From contig CAWJCY010000006.1 in assembly GCA_963841565.1 (NCBI GenBank), positions 339,979-403,978 of the forward strand: DNA of 64,000 nt. The letters are read 5' to 3'. The notes beneath the pieces are model-generated. The model saw nothing but the letters and a program-made list of their open reading frames with translations, ran no database searches and was not told the origin of the DNA. The position numbers and the translations under genes are program-made. Shown in pieces: positions 9,687-20,736 of the stretch (position 1 is the first letter of the stretch; each line of letters starts with the position of its first letter). The DNA is from an uncultured Nitrososphaerales archaeon. Lineage in GTDB: Archaea > Thermoproteota > Nitrososphaeria > Nitrososphaerales > Nitrososphaeraceae.

Positions 9687-11608
9687 ATGGGAAAGATAAT
9701 AGGAATTGATCTTGGAACTAGTAATTCTGCCGCATCGGCTATGATTGGGGGTAAACCATCTATAATACAAGCGGCTGAGGGAACCTCTATTGCAGGTAAG
9801 GCGTTTCCATCTGTTGTCGCCTTTACTAAGGATGGACAATTATTAGTGGGAGAACCTGCACGAAGACAAATGATATCCAATCCAGAAGGCACTGTACCTA
9901 GCAGCAAAAAGGAAAATGGGGACTGACTTTCGCTTCAGCGTCTTTGGAAAGGAGTATTCCCCACAACAGATTTCCGCATTTATTTTGCAAAAAATAAAGA
10001 GGGATGCCGAGGCGTTTTTGGGTGAGAGTGTAGACAAAGCGGTGATCACTGTTCCAGCCTACTTTAACGACAACCAGAGGCAAGCGACCAAAGACGCAGG
10101 CGAGATTGCGGGACTTCAAGTAGTCAGGATAATAAATGAACCGACTGCAGCTTCTCTGGCATTTGGGCTAGATAAGATTCAAAAAGACCTAAAGATCGTT
10201 GTATTCGATTTAGGAGGTGGAACTTTGGATGTTACTATAATGGAAATGGGAGGTGGAGTTTTCCAAGTGAAGAGGTACTGCAGGGGATACACAATTAGGC
10301 GGGACTGACATGGACAATAAATTGGTAGATTACATTCTACAGGAATTTAAGAACCAGTCTGGTTTAGATGTACGTAATGATCGTGCAGCTATGATGCGAG
10401 TAAGAGAAGCAGCTGAAAAAGCGAAGATAGAACTATCAAACATGGTTAATACTGAAATTAACTTGCCATTTCTCGCATATGATTCTGCTACTGGTCCAAA
10501 AAATCTAATACTTCAAATTACTAGGGCAAAAATGGAAGAATTGCTAAGACCTATCATAGAAAGATGTAGGGGTCCAACTATGCAATCATTACAAGATGCA
10601 AAGTTGACTCCTAATGATATTGACAAAGTAATACTGATAGGTGGTCCAACTAGAATGCCTATGGTTCGTCAATTTGTTGCAACTGTCATGGGAAAAGAAC
10701 CTGAAAGAGGTGTGGACCCTATGGAAGCAGTTGCACTGGGTGCTGCAATCCAGGGAGCAGTTATTTCAGGCGATGTGTCCACAGATATATTACTAGTAGA
10801 TGTAACACCCTTGACGCTTGGGGTGGAAGTTTTGGGTGGCTTAAAGGAAGCCATAATAGAACGCAATACAACAATCCCTACCAAAAAGAGTAAAATATTT
10901 ACTACTGCGGCAGACTATCAAACTGCAGTAACAATACACGTAGTACAAGGAGAACGAGCGATGGCTGCAGACTGTGTTTCTCTTGGAATGTTCAATCTTT
11001 CTGGCATACCACCTGCCCCAAGGGGAGTACCTCAGATCGAAGTCACATTTGATATTGATGCGAATGGAATTCTGAATGTATCAGCCAAAGATCTAGCAAC
11101 GTCCAAAGAAGCTAAGATAACTATCACTGCAAATACTAAACTCGGTAAAGATGATATCGAAAGAATGAAAAAAGACGCAGAGCAGTTTGCTGAGGCCGAC
11201 AAAAAGAAACGGGAAGAGGCTGAACTTAAGAACGAAGCAGACAATCTCGTCTATGCCGCGGAGAAACTGGTTAATCAGGATTTAAAAGACAAAATAAAGC
11301 CAGAACAGGTAGAAAGAGTTCAGAAAGCTTCGCAAGAATTGAAGGATGCCTTAGCATCAAATAACAGTGAAATCACTAAAGCAAAAATTCAGGAATTAAA
11401 GAACATATTAGGTGAAATAAGTACTGAAGCCTATAAGGCTACCAGTGCAGCAGCAGCTGCGGCAGCGCCTGGTGCCGGAGGCCAGTCTGGTCAGACTGTA
11501 GACGAAGGAGCATCTAGTGCGAATCAAACTTCGGAGACTTACACCGGCGGCGGAGGTAGTACGTCTACAGGTACTCAGCAGACACCACCACCACCACCCC
11601 CTCCATAA
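9687..11608 (+). CDS. dnaK: Chaperone DnaK (extra bases at about 9898 and about 10274)
   Basis: [43 protein letters not shown]. Removing two bases restores ...[12 protein letters not shown]... and ...[16 protein letters not shown]... Confidence 0.95.
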
Positions 11609-11655
11609 TTATTGTTCATTGAATGCTACTGATAGGGTTACTCATGCAGATATGA

Positions 11656-12801
11656 ATGGGAGACAAACAAATGGCTAACAAACGAGACTACTATGAAGTC
11701 CTTGGTGTACCTAAGAATGCAGGGAAAGGAGATATCAAGAACGCATATAGAAAACTAGCACTGCAATACCATCCGGATAGAAATAAATCTCAGGGAGCAG
11801 AGGAACGCTTTAAGGAAATTTCAGAAGCATACGCAGTCCTATCTGATGATGACAAACGGAAGCGATATGATACATATGGTCATGTAGGAACTGAAGAGGT
11901 ATTCAGAGGCTCCGAGGCCAACTTTGAAGAGATCTTTAAAGATATGGGCTTTGGAGGATTCAGAGACATTTTCGAGCAATTTTTTGGATCTAGAGGCGGC
12001 GTTGGAAGAGGTTCATCGGATCCGTTCGGATTCGGATTCAACTTTGGCGGTGCAAGACAGAAGGGCCGCGATATTCTGTATGATATAGATCTGTCATTAG
12101 AAGATGTTTTGAAAGGCAAGAAAGACGAAATAGAACTGCCTAAAATGGATAGATGTACAAATTGCAACGGAACAGGTGCCGCACCAGGCACAAAGCCGCG
12201 AAAATGCACTGTATGTAATGGCCAGGGACAGACCAGGAGGGTGTATAGTCAGAATCGGTTTTCCACGTTTGTATCATTGGAGCCATGTCGTACCTGTCAT
12301 GGAGAGGGTGAAATAATTGAGAGGCCGTGTGGGACATGCAATGGATCAGGTAATATCAGAACAACAAAAAAACTACGATTGGAAATTCCGCGCGGAGTAG
12401 AGGATGGGATGACTCTTCAATTGCATGGCGAGGGAGAGCCAACAGAGAATGGGGTGCCTGGAGATCTTCTCATAAGAACTCACGTTAGACCACATCCAGA
12501 GTTTCAAAGACTCGAAGACGGTCACCTATTAACTAATCAAAATCTAAGTTTTACCGACCTAGCTTTGGGGACAGAAATAAGAGTTCCAACACTTGAAGGA
12601 CAAGAAAAAGTCAAAATCTCTCCAGGAACACAACCGAATTCAATCGTAAAGCTAAAGGGCAAAGGTCTCCCAAGGTATGGGGGTTATGGGAGAGGGGATG
12701 AGCTTGTAAGAATAAATGTAAAGGTGCCAACGAAGATAAATGACGCTCAAAAGGCGCTGCTCAAAGAATTGGATAGAGAATTAAGAATAACTGGCGATTG
12801 A
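11656..12801 (+). CDS. dnaJ: Chaperone DnaJ
   Basis: J domain with HPD, G/F-rich region, four CxxCxGxG repeats. Confidence 0.97.
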   Translation: MGDKQMANKRDYYEVLGVPKNAGKGDIKNAYRKLALQYHPDRNKSQGAEERFKEISEAYAVLSDDDKRKRYDTYGHVGTEEVFRGSEANFEEIFKDMGFGGFRDIFEQFFGSRGGVGRGSSDPFGFGFNFGGARQKGRDILYDIDLSLEDVLKGKKDEIELPKMDRCTNCNGTGAAPGTKPRKCTVCNGQGQTRRVYSQNRFSTFVSLEPCRTCHGEGEIIERPCGTCNGSGNIRTTKKLRLEIPRGVEDGMTLQLHGEGEPTENGVPGDLLIRTHVRPHPEFQRLEDGHLLTNQNLSFTDLALGTEIRVPTLEGQEKVKISPGTQPNSIVKLKGKGLPRYGGYGRGDELVRINVKVPTKINDAQKALLKELDRELRITGD

Positions 12802-13382
12802 AAATTCCAAAGCATTGACTAAGCATCTATAACAATGCCTTTAGTATTCATCCAGTTGAAGTAGTATTTACTCACATCGATAGCATTCTTGACTCGGAAG
12901 CGGTAGTTGTATTGGATATCTTTAGTTTGAGTCTGCCCATTCAAATTGTAGAAAAATGATTGATCAATTCATCTTGGCATAGTTACTACTACCAGTATTG
13001 ATGAAAGTGGTATGATTAATTCTACTGAAGCTGAAAAGGGTACCAGCTTTGAATTTTCTAACAAAATTATCTGACGGAAACCTCTTCAGATTAGGGCTTA
13101 TATAGACATTGAAGGTAAGGAATATTAGAATGAAGATATTTGAAGCTGGCTATCTGTCACATCAGGAACTAAATATAAACTGGACAGTGCCATTCAACGA
13201 GAAGACGATAATAATAGTGATATTAATGGTAAAACTAGTAATCAGCAAAATGTCGAAAAGTCATGTTCATGAAAAATCCGGTTCTTAGCGGATCGAATAC
13301 TTGAATGCTACTCGTAATTCACCATGCAATGCAGAATTGAGTATAGCCTTATTCAAGATTAAGGTCGGGGGCGGCATAGTTC

Positions 13383-14318
13383 ATGAAAGTGATTGAAGCT
13401 TTAGGATTAACAAAATCATATAAGGGTTCTAAACACCCCGCTTTGAATGATATCTCACTGAGTATCGATTCAAAACAAATATTTACAATGCTGGGTAGAA
13501 ATGGAGCTGGAAAGACTACCTTTGTAAGAATATGTGCTACCCAACTCATGCCCACATCAGGTAGAATATTGGTTCTTGGTCATGACATCGTAAAGTATCC
13601 CGATAGGATACGAAACCAGATTTCAGCAATCCCTCAGGAAGGCAGACCACTGAGAGCGTTGACGCCTTGGGATCATGTATACAATTGGTTAAGAATCAGA
13701 GGAGAAAGCAGTGATAATGCCAAAGTAAAAGCTGTGCAAATTCTCAAGAAGCTAGATCTTTATGATGCGAGGAATGTTCCTGCTATGAATCTATCAGGCG
13801 GCATGAAGCAAAAGGTCCTTGTTGCAATGGCTTTGGCACCTGACGCCCAATTACTATTCCTAGATGAGCCAACTATAGGCCTAGACCCGGTTTCTCGTCG
13901 ACAGGTATGGTCGGCAATCAAGGAGTGGAAAGATCAGGACAGAACAATTCTGCTGACGACTCATTATATGGATGAGGCAGAACTGCTTGCGGACTATATT
14001 GTCATAATTGATAAAGGAAATATTATAGCAAAGGGTACGATGAACGAGCTTCGCAAGATCGTTCCCTATGAACTTAGAATTGATGTACCCAAAATTAACC
14101 TAGATAAGAGTCTAATGTCGTTAGGCTCTGTCGTAGATTCAGGAGCTAATTTTGTTAGAATCTTTACCTATGAAACTGACGCGGAAAAGATTTATGACAA
14201 GGCCCTAAAGATGAATATTCAATTTACCGTTTCTCCCATAACCCTCGATGATGTTTTCGTGTATCTTGTTGGGAATAAAAACAATGAGGGTAGCATCAGG
14301 TCTGAGAACGAGACATAG
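13383..14318 (+). CDS. ABC-2/DrrA-type exporter ATP-binding protein
   Basis: GRNGAGKTT, LSGGMKQK, LDEPTIGLDP, TTHYMDEA, C-terminal TLDDVF. Confidence 0.9.
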   Translation: MKVIEALGLTKSYKGSKHPALNDISLSIDSKQIFTMLGRNGAGKTTFVRICATQLMPTSGRILVLGHDIVKYPDRIRNQISAIPQEGRPLRALTPWDHVYNWLRIRGESSDNAKVKAVQILKKLDLYDARNVPAMNLSGGMKQKVLVAMALAPDAQLLFLDEPTIGLDPVSRRQVWSAIKEWKDQDRTILLTTHYMDEAELLADYIVIIDKGNIIAKGTMNELRKIVPYELRIDVPKINLDKSLMSLGSVVDSGANFVRIFTYETDAEKIYDKALKMNIQFTVSPITLDDVFVYLVGNKNNEGSIRSENET

Positions 14319-14372
14319 TTTCTTATTGCAACTAGAGATTATGATGACAATTTGGTCGGTATTAATTTACCA

Positions 14373-14852
14373 TCATCTGCAGCACCTTCCTAAAGGTATT
14401 CGATGGCCATGTGGACACTTTCTTGGATGCTTTAGGAGCGTGCACAAGGCATCCGTAAAAATCTGTTTCATATGATGCTCAATTCCACAGACCATTTCTT
14501 CGTCTATTTCTATCTTCAATGAATCTCTCATCAACACTTCCAATAGTCGTGTATTTCGGATCATCTGCTTTCCAATGCGTTCGCCTTCAGAAGTCATCCT
14601 TACCATGTTGCCTTTGCTATATTCTACCAAATTAGCTTCGTCAAGTTTACGAAGCATTTGAACTACTGATGGTTGTTTTACATTCAGCAATTTTGCGATT
14701 GAGCTAACCTTAACCTCTTCGCCTCTTTCGCGAATATACCATATAGCCTTAAGGTACATTTCAACATGTTCAGATTCCGCAGTACCAATGTAGAGCTCTT
14801 CTTCTCCCAATACCATCTCCTTTTTTGAGCTTCTTGTTGAGAACGTCCTCAA
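14373..14852 (-). CDS. DtxR/MntR-family metal-dependent repressor
   Basis: EMYLKAI, IAKLLNVKQPSVVQMLRKL, RLLEVL, CGIEHH, CPHG; the start may be 14816. Confidence 0.9.
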   Translation of the reverse strand: MRTFSTRSSKKEMVLGEEELYIGTAESEHVEMYLKAIWYIRERGEEVKVSSIAKLLNVKQPSVVQMLRKLDEANLVEYSKGNMVRMTSEGERIGKQMIRNTRLLEVLMRDSLKIEIDEEMVCGIEHHMKQIFTDALCTLLKHPRKCPHGHRIPLGRCCR

Positions 14853-15108
14853 TGGGTTACCTTTTACAGTTTATAGACTATTTGTTATTAACTTTGTGTA
14901 TATTTGTGATCGCGCATTGAATAACATTACTTGATTGAAAAAGAATCGCTTGAATCGATAAAGTAAAACCCAAACAATTAGTGTGAAAATATGAGAATAT
15001 AGTTTCGTATTGTATAGTGTTCATTATTTAGTCCGGAGGCCCATTAAAACAAACCTCTTACTCTAAGATGGCATAATCTTCTAATAGCACTTCAGGCTAT
15101 CTAAGTAT

Positions 15109-15462
15109 ATGTCTCAGAAACATATTCTTGTTTCTAAGAAGAGGCACGAACTCGGCTTTGATACTATATCCCCTAAATGGGCGGAGCGCTTAAGCCAACC
15201 TCTCCCGATACTGATTTCTCTTAGATGGCTTGGATATTACTCTGAAATTAGGAGTGCGTCGCGATGCGTAGTAGGGGAAGCACACGGCTTCTCTTCATCT
15301 TACCTAAAAACATGCCCAGAGTGTAACAGATTTAGCATAAAATTCATGTATTCATTTCTAGTTCATTCCGAATCCAGATTGGAGAAAAATAAGGTGATGT
15401 TTGTACGTCATTGGAATGAGGAGCATGTACCTATTGATCTCGACTACAATTTTGGGACATAG
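15109..15462 (+). CDS. Hypothetical Cys/His-containing protein
   Basis: PKWAERL, CVVGEAHGF, CPEC, FVRHWNEEH. Confidence 0.65.
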   Translation: MSQKHILVSKKRHELGFDTISPKWAERLSQPLPILISLRWLGYYSEIRSASRCVVGEAHGFSSSYLKTCPECNRFSIKFMYSFLVHSESRLEKNKVMFVRHWNEEHVPIDLDYNFGT

Positions 15463-15744
15463 TAAGCGATCGTATTAGAATTAATCTCGTGTCTAGGCGG
15501 CCCTAATGTGTCCTATTTAGATTGTCGTGAACGTGAGAGCGTTTACGGGTAATGCGAATTAGATACATCTGTATATTTTGTTTGTAGATTGTTGATAGCC
15601 ATCAGCCCTTACAAGAAGGGGATCTCCTAGCGACTGTAGAAGTTAAATTTTTTGAATTTCTGATAGTGAATTGCTTTGTCCAAAAAGGGAAAAAGATATG
15701 ATTCCACTTCGAAGGAATGTGTCTTGCGGTAATTTTGCAGATAT

Positions 15745-17436
15745 TTATTCCATATCCATACCGCCCATACCGCCCATACCGCCCATACCGCCCATACCGC
15801 CCATACCGCCCATACCACCAGGAGGTCCAGCGGGTGCTTTGGATTTGCTGGAAGCAATAACATCATCTATACGTAAGATCATGGTTGCAGCTTCTGTAGC
15901 GGATTTGATGATTTGCTCTTTAACAGTAAGAGGTTCCAATATATTTTGTTTGTACATATCTGCGACTACCGTGCTCCTAACGTTGATTCCTGTCCACTTG
16001 GAACCCTTACTCTGCTTAGCACGCAATTCTGTCATAGTGTCGATCGGATCCATGCCGGCATTTTCTGCTAGCGTAAGAGGGATTGTGTCGAGTGCATCAG
16101 CAAACTTTTGAACAGCAAGTTGAGCTCTGCCTTCCAGGCTGCTCGACCATTGCCTTAACTCATTGGCAACATATGCTTCTGGAGCACCTCCACCCGCAAC
16201 TATGGCTGGTTTTTCTAGCACATCTTTAGTAACCATTAACGCATCATGAATTGACCTGTCTGCTTCATCTACGACTCTTTGAGAGCCTCCTCGAACAAGG
16301 ATTGTGACGGCCTTTGGATTCTTACATCCTTCTATAAAGACCCATTTGTCGGTCTCGACTTTGCGCTCTTCGACCAGATTAGCGGCTCCCAGGTCTTTAC
16401 TTGAAAGATCTTCAAGGTTGCTTATGATTCTTGCACCTGTTGCTTTAGCAAGCTTGTACATATCACTTTCCTTTATTCGTCTGACGGCTAGTATGCTTGA
16501 TTTGGAAAGATAATGTTGTGCAATGTCATCAATGCCTTTTTGACATAAAACTACATTTGCGCCTGCGTCTTTTATTTTGTCCACCATACTCATCAGCATT
16601 CTGTTTTCTTCTTCAAGAAACATCTGCATCTGTTGCGGATCACTGATTCTGATCTCGGCACTCATTTCAGTTTTTTCGATCTCCAGCGCAGAGTTTATCA
16701 AAGCAATCTTTGCCTGTTCAACCTTTCTTGGCATCCCTGAATGAACTACTTCCTTATCAAGAACGATTCCCTTTACGAGTTGGGTATCTCTTATTGCTCC
16801 ACCTGCCTTCTTTTCGACCTTAATGTTGTCTAGGTCAACTCTTAAACCATCTTTTCCTTCAATCTTTTCTGCTATCTGTCGTGTTGCATTTACCACTATT
16901 TCACTTAGGGTTGGGCTATCCTCGGAGACCAACTTGGAATCCATACTAGTTCTTGCAATCTTGATGAGCATTTCTTTGTCTGAAGTGTCGACTTTTATAG
17001 CAATTTTCTGCAGCAACTTTAATGCATGCTCAGAAGCTGCGTTATAGCCATCAACGATCACTGATGGATGAACATCCTTGTTAATTAGGTCCTCGGCCTT
17101 CTCTATCAACGATCCTGCAAGAACGACTGATGAAGTAGTGCCATCTCCCACTTCATTATCTACTGATTTAGAAACCTCTACCATCATTTTTCCAGCGGGA
17201 TGCTGTACGTCGATTTCTTTAAGAATTGTAGCCCCATCATTTGTGATAGTCACATCTCCAAGAGAATCTACGAGCATCTTGTCCATGCCTCTTGGGCCGA
17301 GACTAGTTTTGACAACTTCTGCGACCAGTTTTGCTGCTGTAATATTATTTTTCTGAGCTTCCCTGCCTTTACTTTCTTTTGTTCCTTCCCTTAAAATTAT
17401 CACTGGCATTCCACCAGCTGTAGTTTGAATTGACAT
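15745..17436 (-). CDS. ths: Thermosome (group II chaperonin) subunit
   Basis: [33 protein letters not shown] tail. Confidence 0.98.
   Translation of the reverse strand: MSIQTTAGGMPVIILREGTKESKGREAQKNNITAAKLVAEVVKTSLGPRGMDKMLVDSLGDVTITNDGATILKEIDVQHPAGKMMVEVSKSVDNEVGDGTTSSVVLAGSLIEKAEDLINKDVHPSVIVDGYNAASEHALKLLQKIAIKVDTSDKEMLIKIARTSMDSKLVSEDSPTLSEIVVNATRQIAEKIEGKDGLRVDLDNIKVEKKAGGAIRDTQLVKGIVLDKEVVHSGMPRKVEQAKIALINSALEIEKTEMSAEIRISDPQQMQMFLEEENRMLMSMVDKIKDAGANVVLCQKGIDDIAQHYLSKSSILAVRRIKESDMYKLAKATGARIISNLEDLSSKDLGAANLVEERKVETDKWVFIEGCKNPKAVTILVRGGSQRVVDEADRSIHDALMVTKDVLEKPAIVAGGGAPEAYVANELRQWSSSLEGRAQLAVQKFADALDTIPLTLAENAGMDPIDTMTELRAKQSKGSKWTGINVRSTVVADMYKQNILEPLTVKEQIIKSATEAATMILRIDDVIASSKSKAPAGPPGGMGGMGGMGGMGGMGGMGGMDME
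15757..15815 (-). repeat. 9-bp coding tandem repeat (GGM)n in the chaperonin tail
   Basis: (CATACCGCC)n on the + strand, about 6 copies. Confidence 0.9.
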
Positions 17437-17442
17437 ATACTA

Positions 17443-17452
17443 TATTCACCTA
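17443..17452 (-). promoter_or_regulatory. Shine-Dalgarno-containing leader TAGGTGAATA
   Basis: The identical 10-mer precedes both thermosome genes at the same spacing (also 31081-31090). Confidence 0.7.
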
Positions 17453-17807
17453 GTAGAACAATAGTGCACTGTAAAGCCACTTATTTAGTTTTACTTCTCT
17501 CTATAAGTGTACACATATCAATATAGCGCATCACGATTCGGGAGGCTTGTTTCAATAAGGATTTAAAAAAGATGTTGCGTCGAAACACTGGCCTTACTCC
17601 GAGCTAGGCAGCTCCTAATGAAGCAGAATAGGTCTTTGCTAATTTTTCATTTTATATTAACTACGCGTTTTTTCAGTTAAATAGGCGGAATGCGACGCAA
17701 GACCCTCCGTAAGTTATTTCTTAACGATAATCGTTGATTATTGACAGCAAGGCTTTCACGCTTTTCAGATTCTCAAGTCCGATGAGAAAACTAACGATTT
17801 CTTTCCA

Positions 17808-18221
17808 TTATTTCAGGCCTAATTTCTCTTGCTTTTCAACAAATTTTTTCCTGAACTTGGGGACTTCAATTAATGATCTTTCGTGTGTGCCTTCGCCAAT
17901 TCTTTCTAGCTTATCTGTGGCCACTACTTCAAATAACACTCTCCTGCCTTCGAAAGAGATGATTTTAGCCTTCACTGTGATCTCTGCACCAACCGGAGTA
18001 GCAGCCAAGTGCTTAATGTTGACTAGGGTGCCTACTGAATCCCACGTGCTGTCTACAATACATTCTTCCTTGACAAGCAATCTACAGGTCTCTTCCATTT
18101 CAGATATCATAGAAGGGGTAGATAATACGTTCTCTCCTTCCCATAAGAAACTCGTTGTTTGATTGGTGGCGACTTTCAGATAACGTTCTTTTTCAACTCC
18201 GATCTTGGCTAGGTAACTCAT
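17808..18221 (-). CDS. Hot-dog-fold thioesterase (fluoroacetyl-CoA thioesterase FlK-like)
   Basis: VLSTPSMISEME, SVGTLVNIKHLAATPVG, IGEGTHER. Confidence 0.9.
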   Translation of the reverse strand: MSYLAKIGVEKERYLKVATNQTTSFLWEGENVLSTPSMISEMEETCRLLVKEECIVDSTWDSVGTLVNIKHLAATPVGAEITVKAKIISFEGRRVLFEVVATDKLERIGEGTHERSLIEVPKFRKKFVEKQEKLGLK

Positions 18222-18294
18222 CGAAAATTATAGGAGCCGACAACTATATTATTAGCGTTATCATTCCAGTACAAACTGAAAAATTAGAAAGACA

Positions 18295-18311
18295 GTGGGA
18301 AATTTTCCCAC
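18295..18311. promoter_or_regulatory. Palindrome GTGGGAAA-T-TTTCCCAC, candidate transcription-factor site
   Basis: Perfect 8-bp arms about 75 bp upstream of the thioesterase start. Confidence 0.35.
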
Positions 18312-18854
18312 CTGAAAAGTGCGACGGAATTATTGTTGCTACTGATAAACAATTTTGCAGCAAACGAATCTTTTTTGGTTTTTTACAAATTATTGTTAAT
18401 AATTTAGTAGAACATTATTCTTTTAATTATTTGATGAAATATATGTAAAAATTGGATAAATAAAATGAGGATGCAATGTACAGACTGATTGAATAGAAAA
18501 TAGAAAATATAAAAATAAAAATATGAGCTCGAGGTCGTTTATGAAGAACGGCGTGCGCCTGAAATTACTGCAAATGCAAGTCCTACTGCAAGGCCAAACG
18601 CTAGCGGAACCCATACCCCAAAGCTTTCCATAGAGAAGACGATTACTTGTTTTAGCAGTGCTTCGAACATCACCTATTGGAATATAAGACTTAGTATATT
18701 AGATTTACTCAGAATATCCTTTACAAACCGATTGCGCTGCGTCATTGCAGACGGTGAATTGTATCCTTATTCGTCATGATTTATCTGGCCATGTTTGGTG
18801 CGAAGCAAAATGAAGTACGCTGTCCTTAAATTACCCTTTCATATCTGAACATAT

Positions 18855-19133
18855 ATGAAGATGCAGAAGGAGTTTCGGAAATTCTGCCCGAAATGTAAAA
18901 CTCATACTACACAATCTATTTCAATATATAAGAAAGGTAAAGATAGGAAGATGGCATTAGGCGCAAGAAGACACGCTGAAGACAAGAAGGGCTACGGGGG
19001 ACAGAAGTTTCCCGAACTCAAGAGAACAGCAAAGACCTCAAAGAAAATCACCCTGAAATACACCTGCAAGAATTGTCAAAGAAAGACCATGAAAGAAGGA
19101 ATGAGGATCCGCAAATTGGAGATCCAACCATAG
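18855..19133 (+). CDS. rpl44e: 50S ribosomal protein L44e
   Basis: CPKCKTHT, GYGGQKFP, KTSKKITL, CKNC. Confidence 0.97.
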   Translation: MKMQKEFRKFCPKCKTHTTQSISIYKKGKDRKMALGARRHAEDKKGYGGQKFPELKRTAKTSKKITLKYTCKNCQRKTMKEGMRIRKLEIQP

Positions 19134-19137
19134 ATAG

Positions 19138-19347
19138 GTGGTATTTGGAATGAAGAAAAATATGATCCTAATACCTAAACCTCATACTACATTTATTTTA
19201 ACTCAATGTAGTCAATGCGATGAAAAGAAAGTAATTTTCAGTCACGCTACAGCTGATGTTTACTGTAAAAAATGCGGTGCTATGTTAGTAAAAAGAACAG
19301 GATCGAAGGCGGAAATATTGGGCAAAGTTATAAGCAACCTGGATTAA
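19138..19347 (+). CDS. rps27e: 30S ribosomal protein S27e
   Basis: IPKP..F...CSQC....IFSHA....CKKCG..L...TG.KA; follows rpl44e; start may be 19150. Confidence 0.93.
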   Translation: MVFGMKKNMILIPKPHTTFILTQCSQCDEKKVIFSHATADVYCKKCGAMLVKRTGSKAEILGKVISNLD

Positions 19348-19972
19348 TCCGCCCGAGTAGCTGTTCGGCAAGTCCTAGATCATTTGCAGTATTTATATTG
19401 ACAATGAGCCGTATCTCATTTACAATCGAATAGAATTCCTCGAATGGTTTGTCAGAGATAGACCTGCCCAGATAGAACCCACACACGCCCGTGTAACAGT
19501 ACTCCTTGTTGCCGATATTAACAATGCAACTGCAGGTCATGCCAACAGAGTCAACAAATGATCTTTCTGCTACCGCCACTGTACACGTATTCTGAGTAGA
19601 TGGTGTGCACCTGTCAATCAATTTTCTGACCGTATCTGAATTAAGTAAAGCTAAATCTGACGGAAATGTAAAAACTTTCTGTTCAGGCATTGAATTTAGA
19701 GTTTTGGACAGGTCCTTGGAAAACCCCAGTCCGTCAGCAACAATTACTTCAATTTTGTTATCTTTTTTATAATTTCTTTCCAAAAGCTGTGTAGTGTGTG
19801 GAGAACAAGGGCTAGATACGCACAGGATCCTGCTAAACTGGCTAGATAAAATCACTGCATGTAAGACCGTTTCAATTAGCGTTTTACCCCTTATGCGCGC
19901 TAGTGGTTTTTCAATATTATCTTGAGTGATGAATCTAGACCCTTTGCCACCACACATTATCACAGCTATCAT
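19328..19972 (-). CDS. cobY: GTP:adenosylcobinamide-phosphate guanylyltransferase (NTP transferase)
   Basis: MCGGKGSRF, EKPL, NINTANDL; last gene of the cob cluster. Confidence 0.85.
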   Translation of the reverse strand: MIAVIMCGGKGSRFITQDNIEKPLARIRGKTLIETVLHAVILSSQFSRILCVSSPCSPHTTQLLERNYKKDNKIEVIVADGLGFSKDLSKTLNSMPEQKVFTFPSDLALLNSDTVRKLIDRCTPSTQNTCTVAVAERSFVDSVGMTCSCIVNIGNKEYCYTGVCGFYLGRSISDKPFEEFYSIVNEIRLIVNINTANDLGLAEQLLGRINPGCL

Positions 19973-20736
19973 AGTGAAATAAAACCCGACATAGATGATA
20001 GGAAAATCAGACAGGCTAATCTAACAATTTCGTTGGAAGCCCCCATAACATCTCCAGAAATTCCTCCAAAGCTCAAATGAGCAATGTATTGAATTAATCC
20101 TGCAACCAGAAATGCAACTGCTAAAGTGATGAGACCTTCGTAGCCAGTTACAAGAAACACGATAGCCAAGGTTATCAATGTACTAATTATGAATTTCGTT
20201 TTATTTTTCATTGCCAGGACAAAGGGTGAACTAAGACCATCCCAAGCTGCCTTGCCAAAATGGGCCTGTTCTACCATCATATATTTTGCAATAACCTCTG
20301 ATGTCAATAAGAATGAAAGTAGAATGGTGCCATCACGAATTGATGAGAGTGTCGTAAAAATGCCTATAAAATATAAAATCAAAGCTGTTGCCCCAGCCGA
20401 TCCTATTGAATGATCATGCATTGCATTTTTCTTTGATTCCCTTCCCCTCTTCACCATCAATCCATCGCCGAAATCAGCAAGTGCATCAGTGTGATGCAAG
20501 CCGGTTATCAAAGTAATAAACAGAACAACCAGAAGGCTTGTTATCTGAGGTTCGAACACAAGTGAAAGGCCGTATCCAACTAAACCTGCTGATAAACCAA
20601 TCAGTGCCCCAACAAGCGGAAACAGGTACATATTTGTCGCTGTGTATTTTATGTCGATCGGAGCTGATGGACCATGCCGAGCAGAAGGGATTATCGTCAA
20701 GAATGAGACAACTGCCATAAACGGCTTATATACCAA
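19969..20736 (-). CDS. cobS: Adenosylcobinamide-GDP ribazoletransferase (cobalamin synthase)
   Basis: FLTIIP, FPLVG, TGLHHTDALADFGDG, GGISGDVMGA. Confidence 0.95.
   Translation of the reverse strand: MVYKPFMAVVSFLTIIPSARHGPSAPIDIKYTATNMYLFPLVGALIGLSAGLVGYGLSLVFEPQITSLLVVLFITLITGLHHTDALADFGDGLMVKRGRESKKNAMHDHSIGSAGATALILYFIGIFTTLSSIRDGTILLSFLLTSEVIAKYMMVEQAHFGKAAWDGLSSPFVLAMKNKTKFIISTLITLAIVFLVTGYEGLITLAVAFLVAGLIQYIAHLSFGGISGDVMGASNEIVRLACLIFLSSMSGFISL

Noticed and set aside
9687-11608. dnaK as a pseudogene or a programmed-frameshift gene
   Set aside because: Both breaks are single extra bases at GTAC, the sequence is otherwise fully conserved and no slippery heptamer is present. Sequencing error is more parsimonious.
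15627-16111. ORFs with (WAV)n and (IPP)n repeats
   Set aside because: Alternative-frame and antisense shadows of the thermosome GGM repeat
17539-17710. Structured RNA or MITE from TTGCGTCG/CGACGCAA and GGAGG/CCTCC pairings
   Set aside because: Only short stems, a single copy and no recognisable RNA family
18222-18854. Replication origin (ORB-like TTCCAG.. at about 18264; also TTCCATGTGGAAA at about 41181)
   Set aside because: Poor match to the ORB consensus, no G-string, not repeated, and no cdc6/orc1 adjacent
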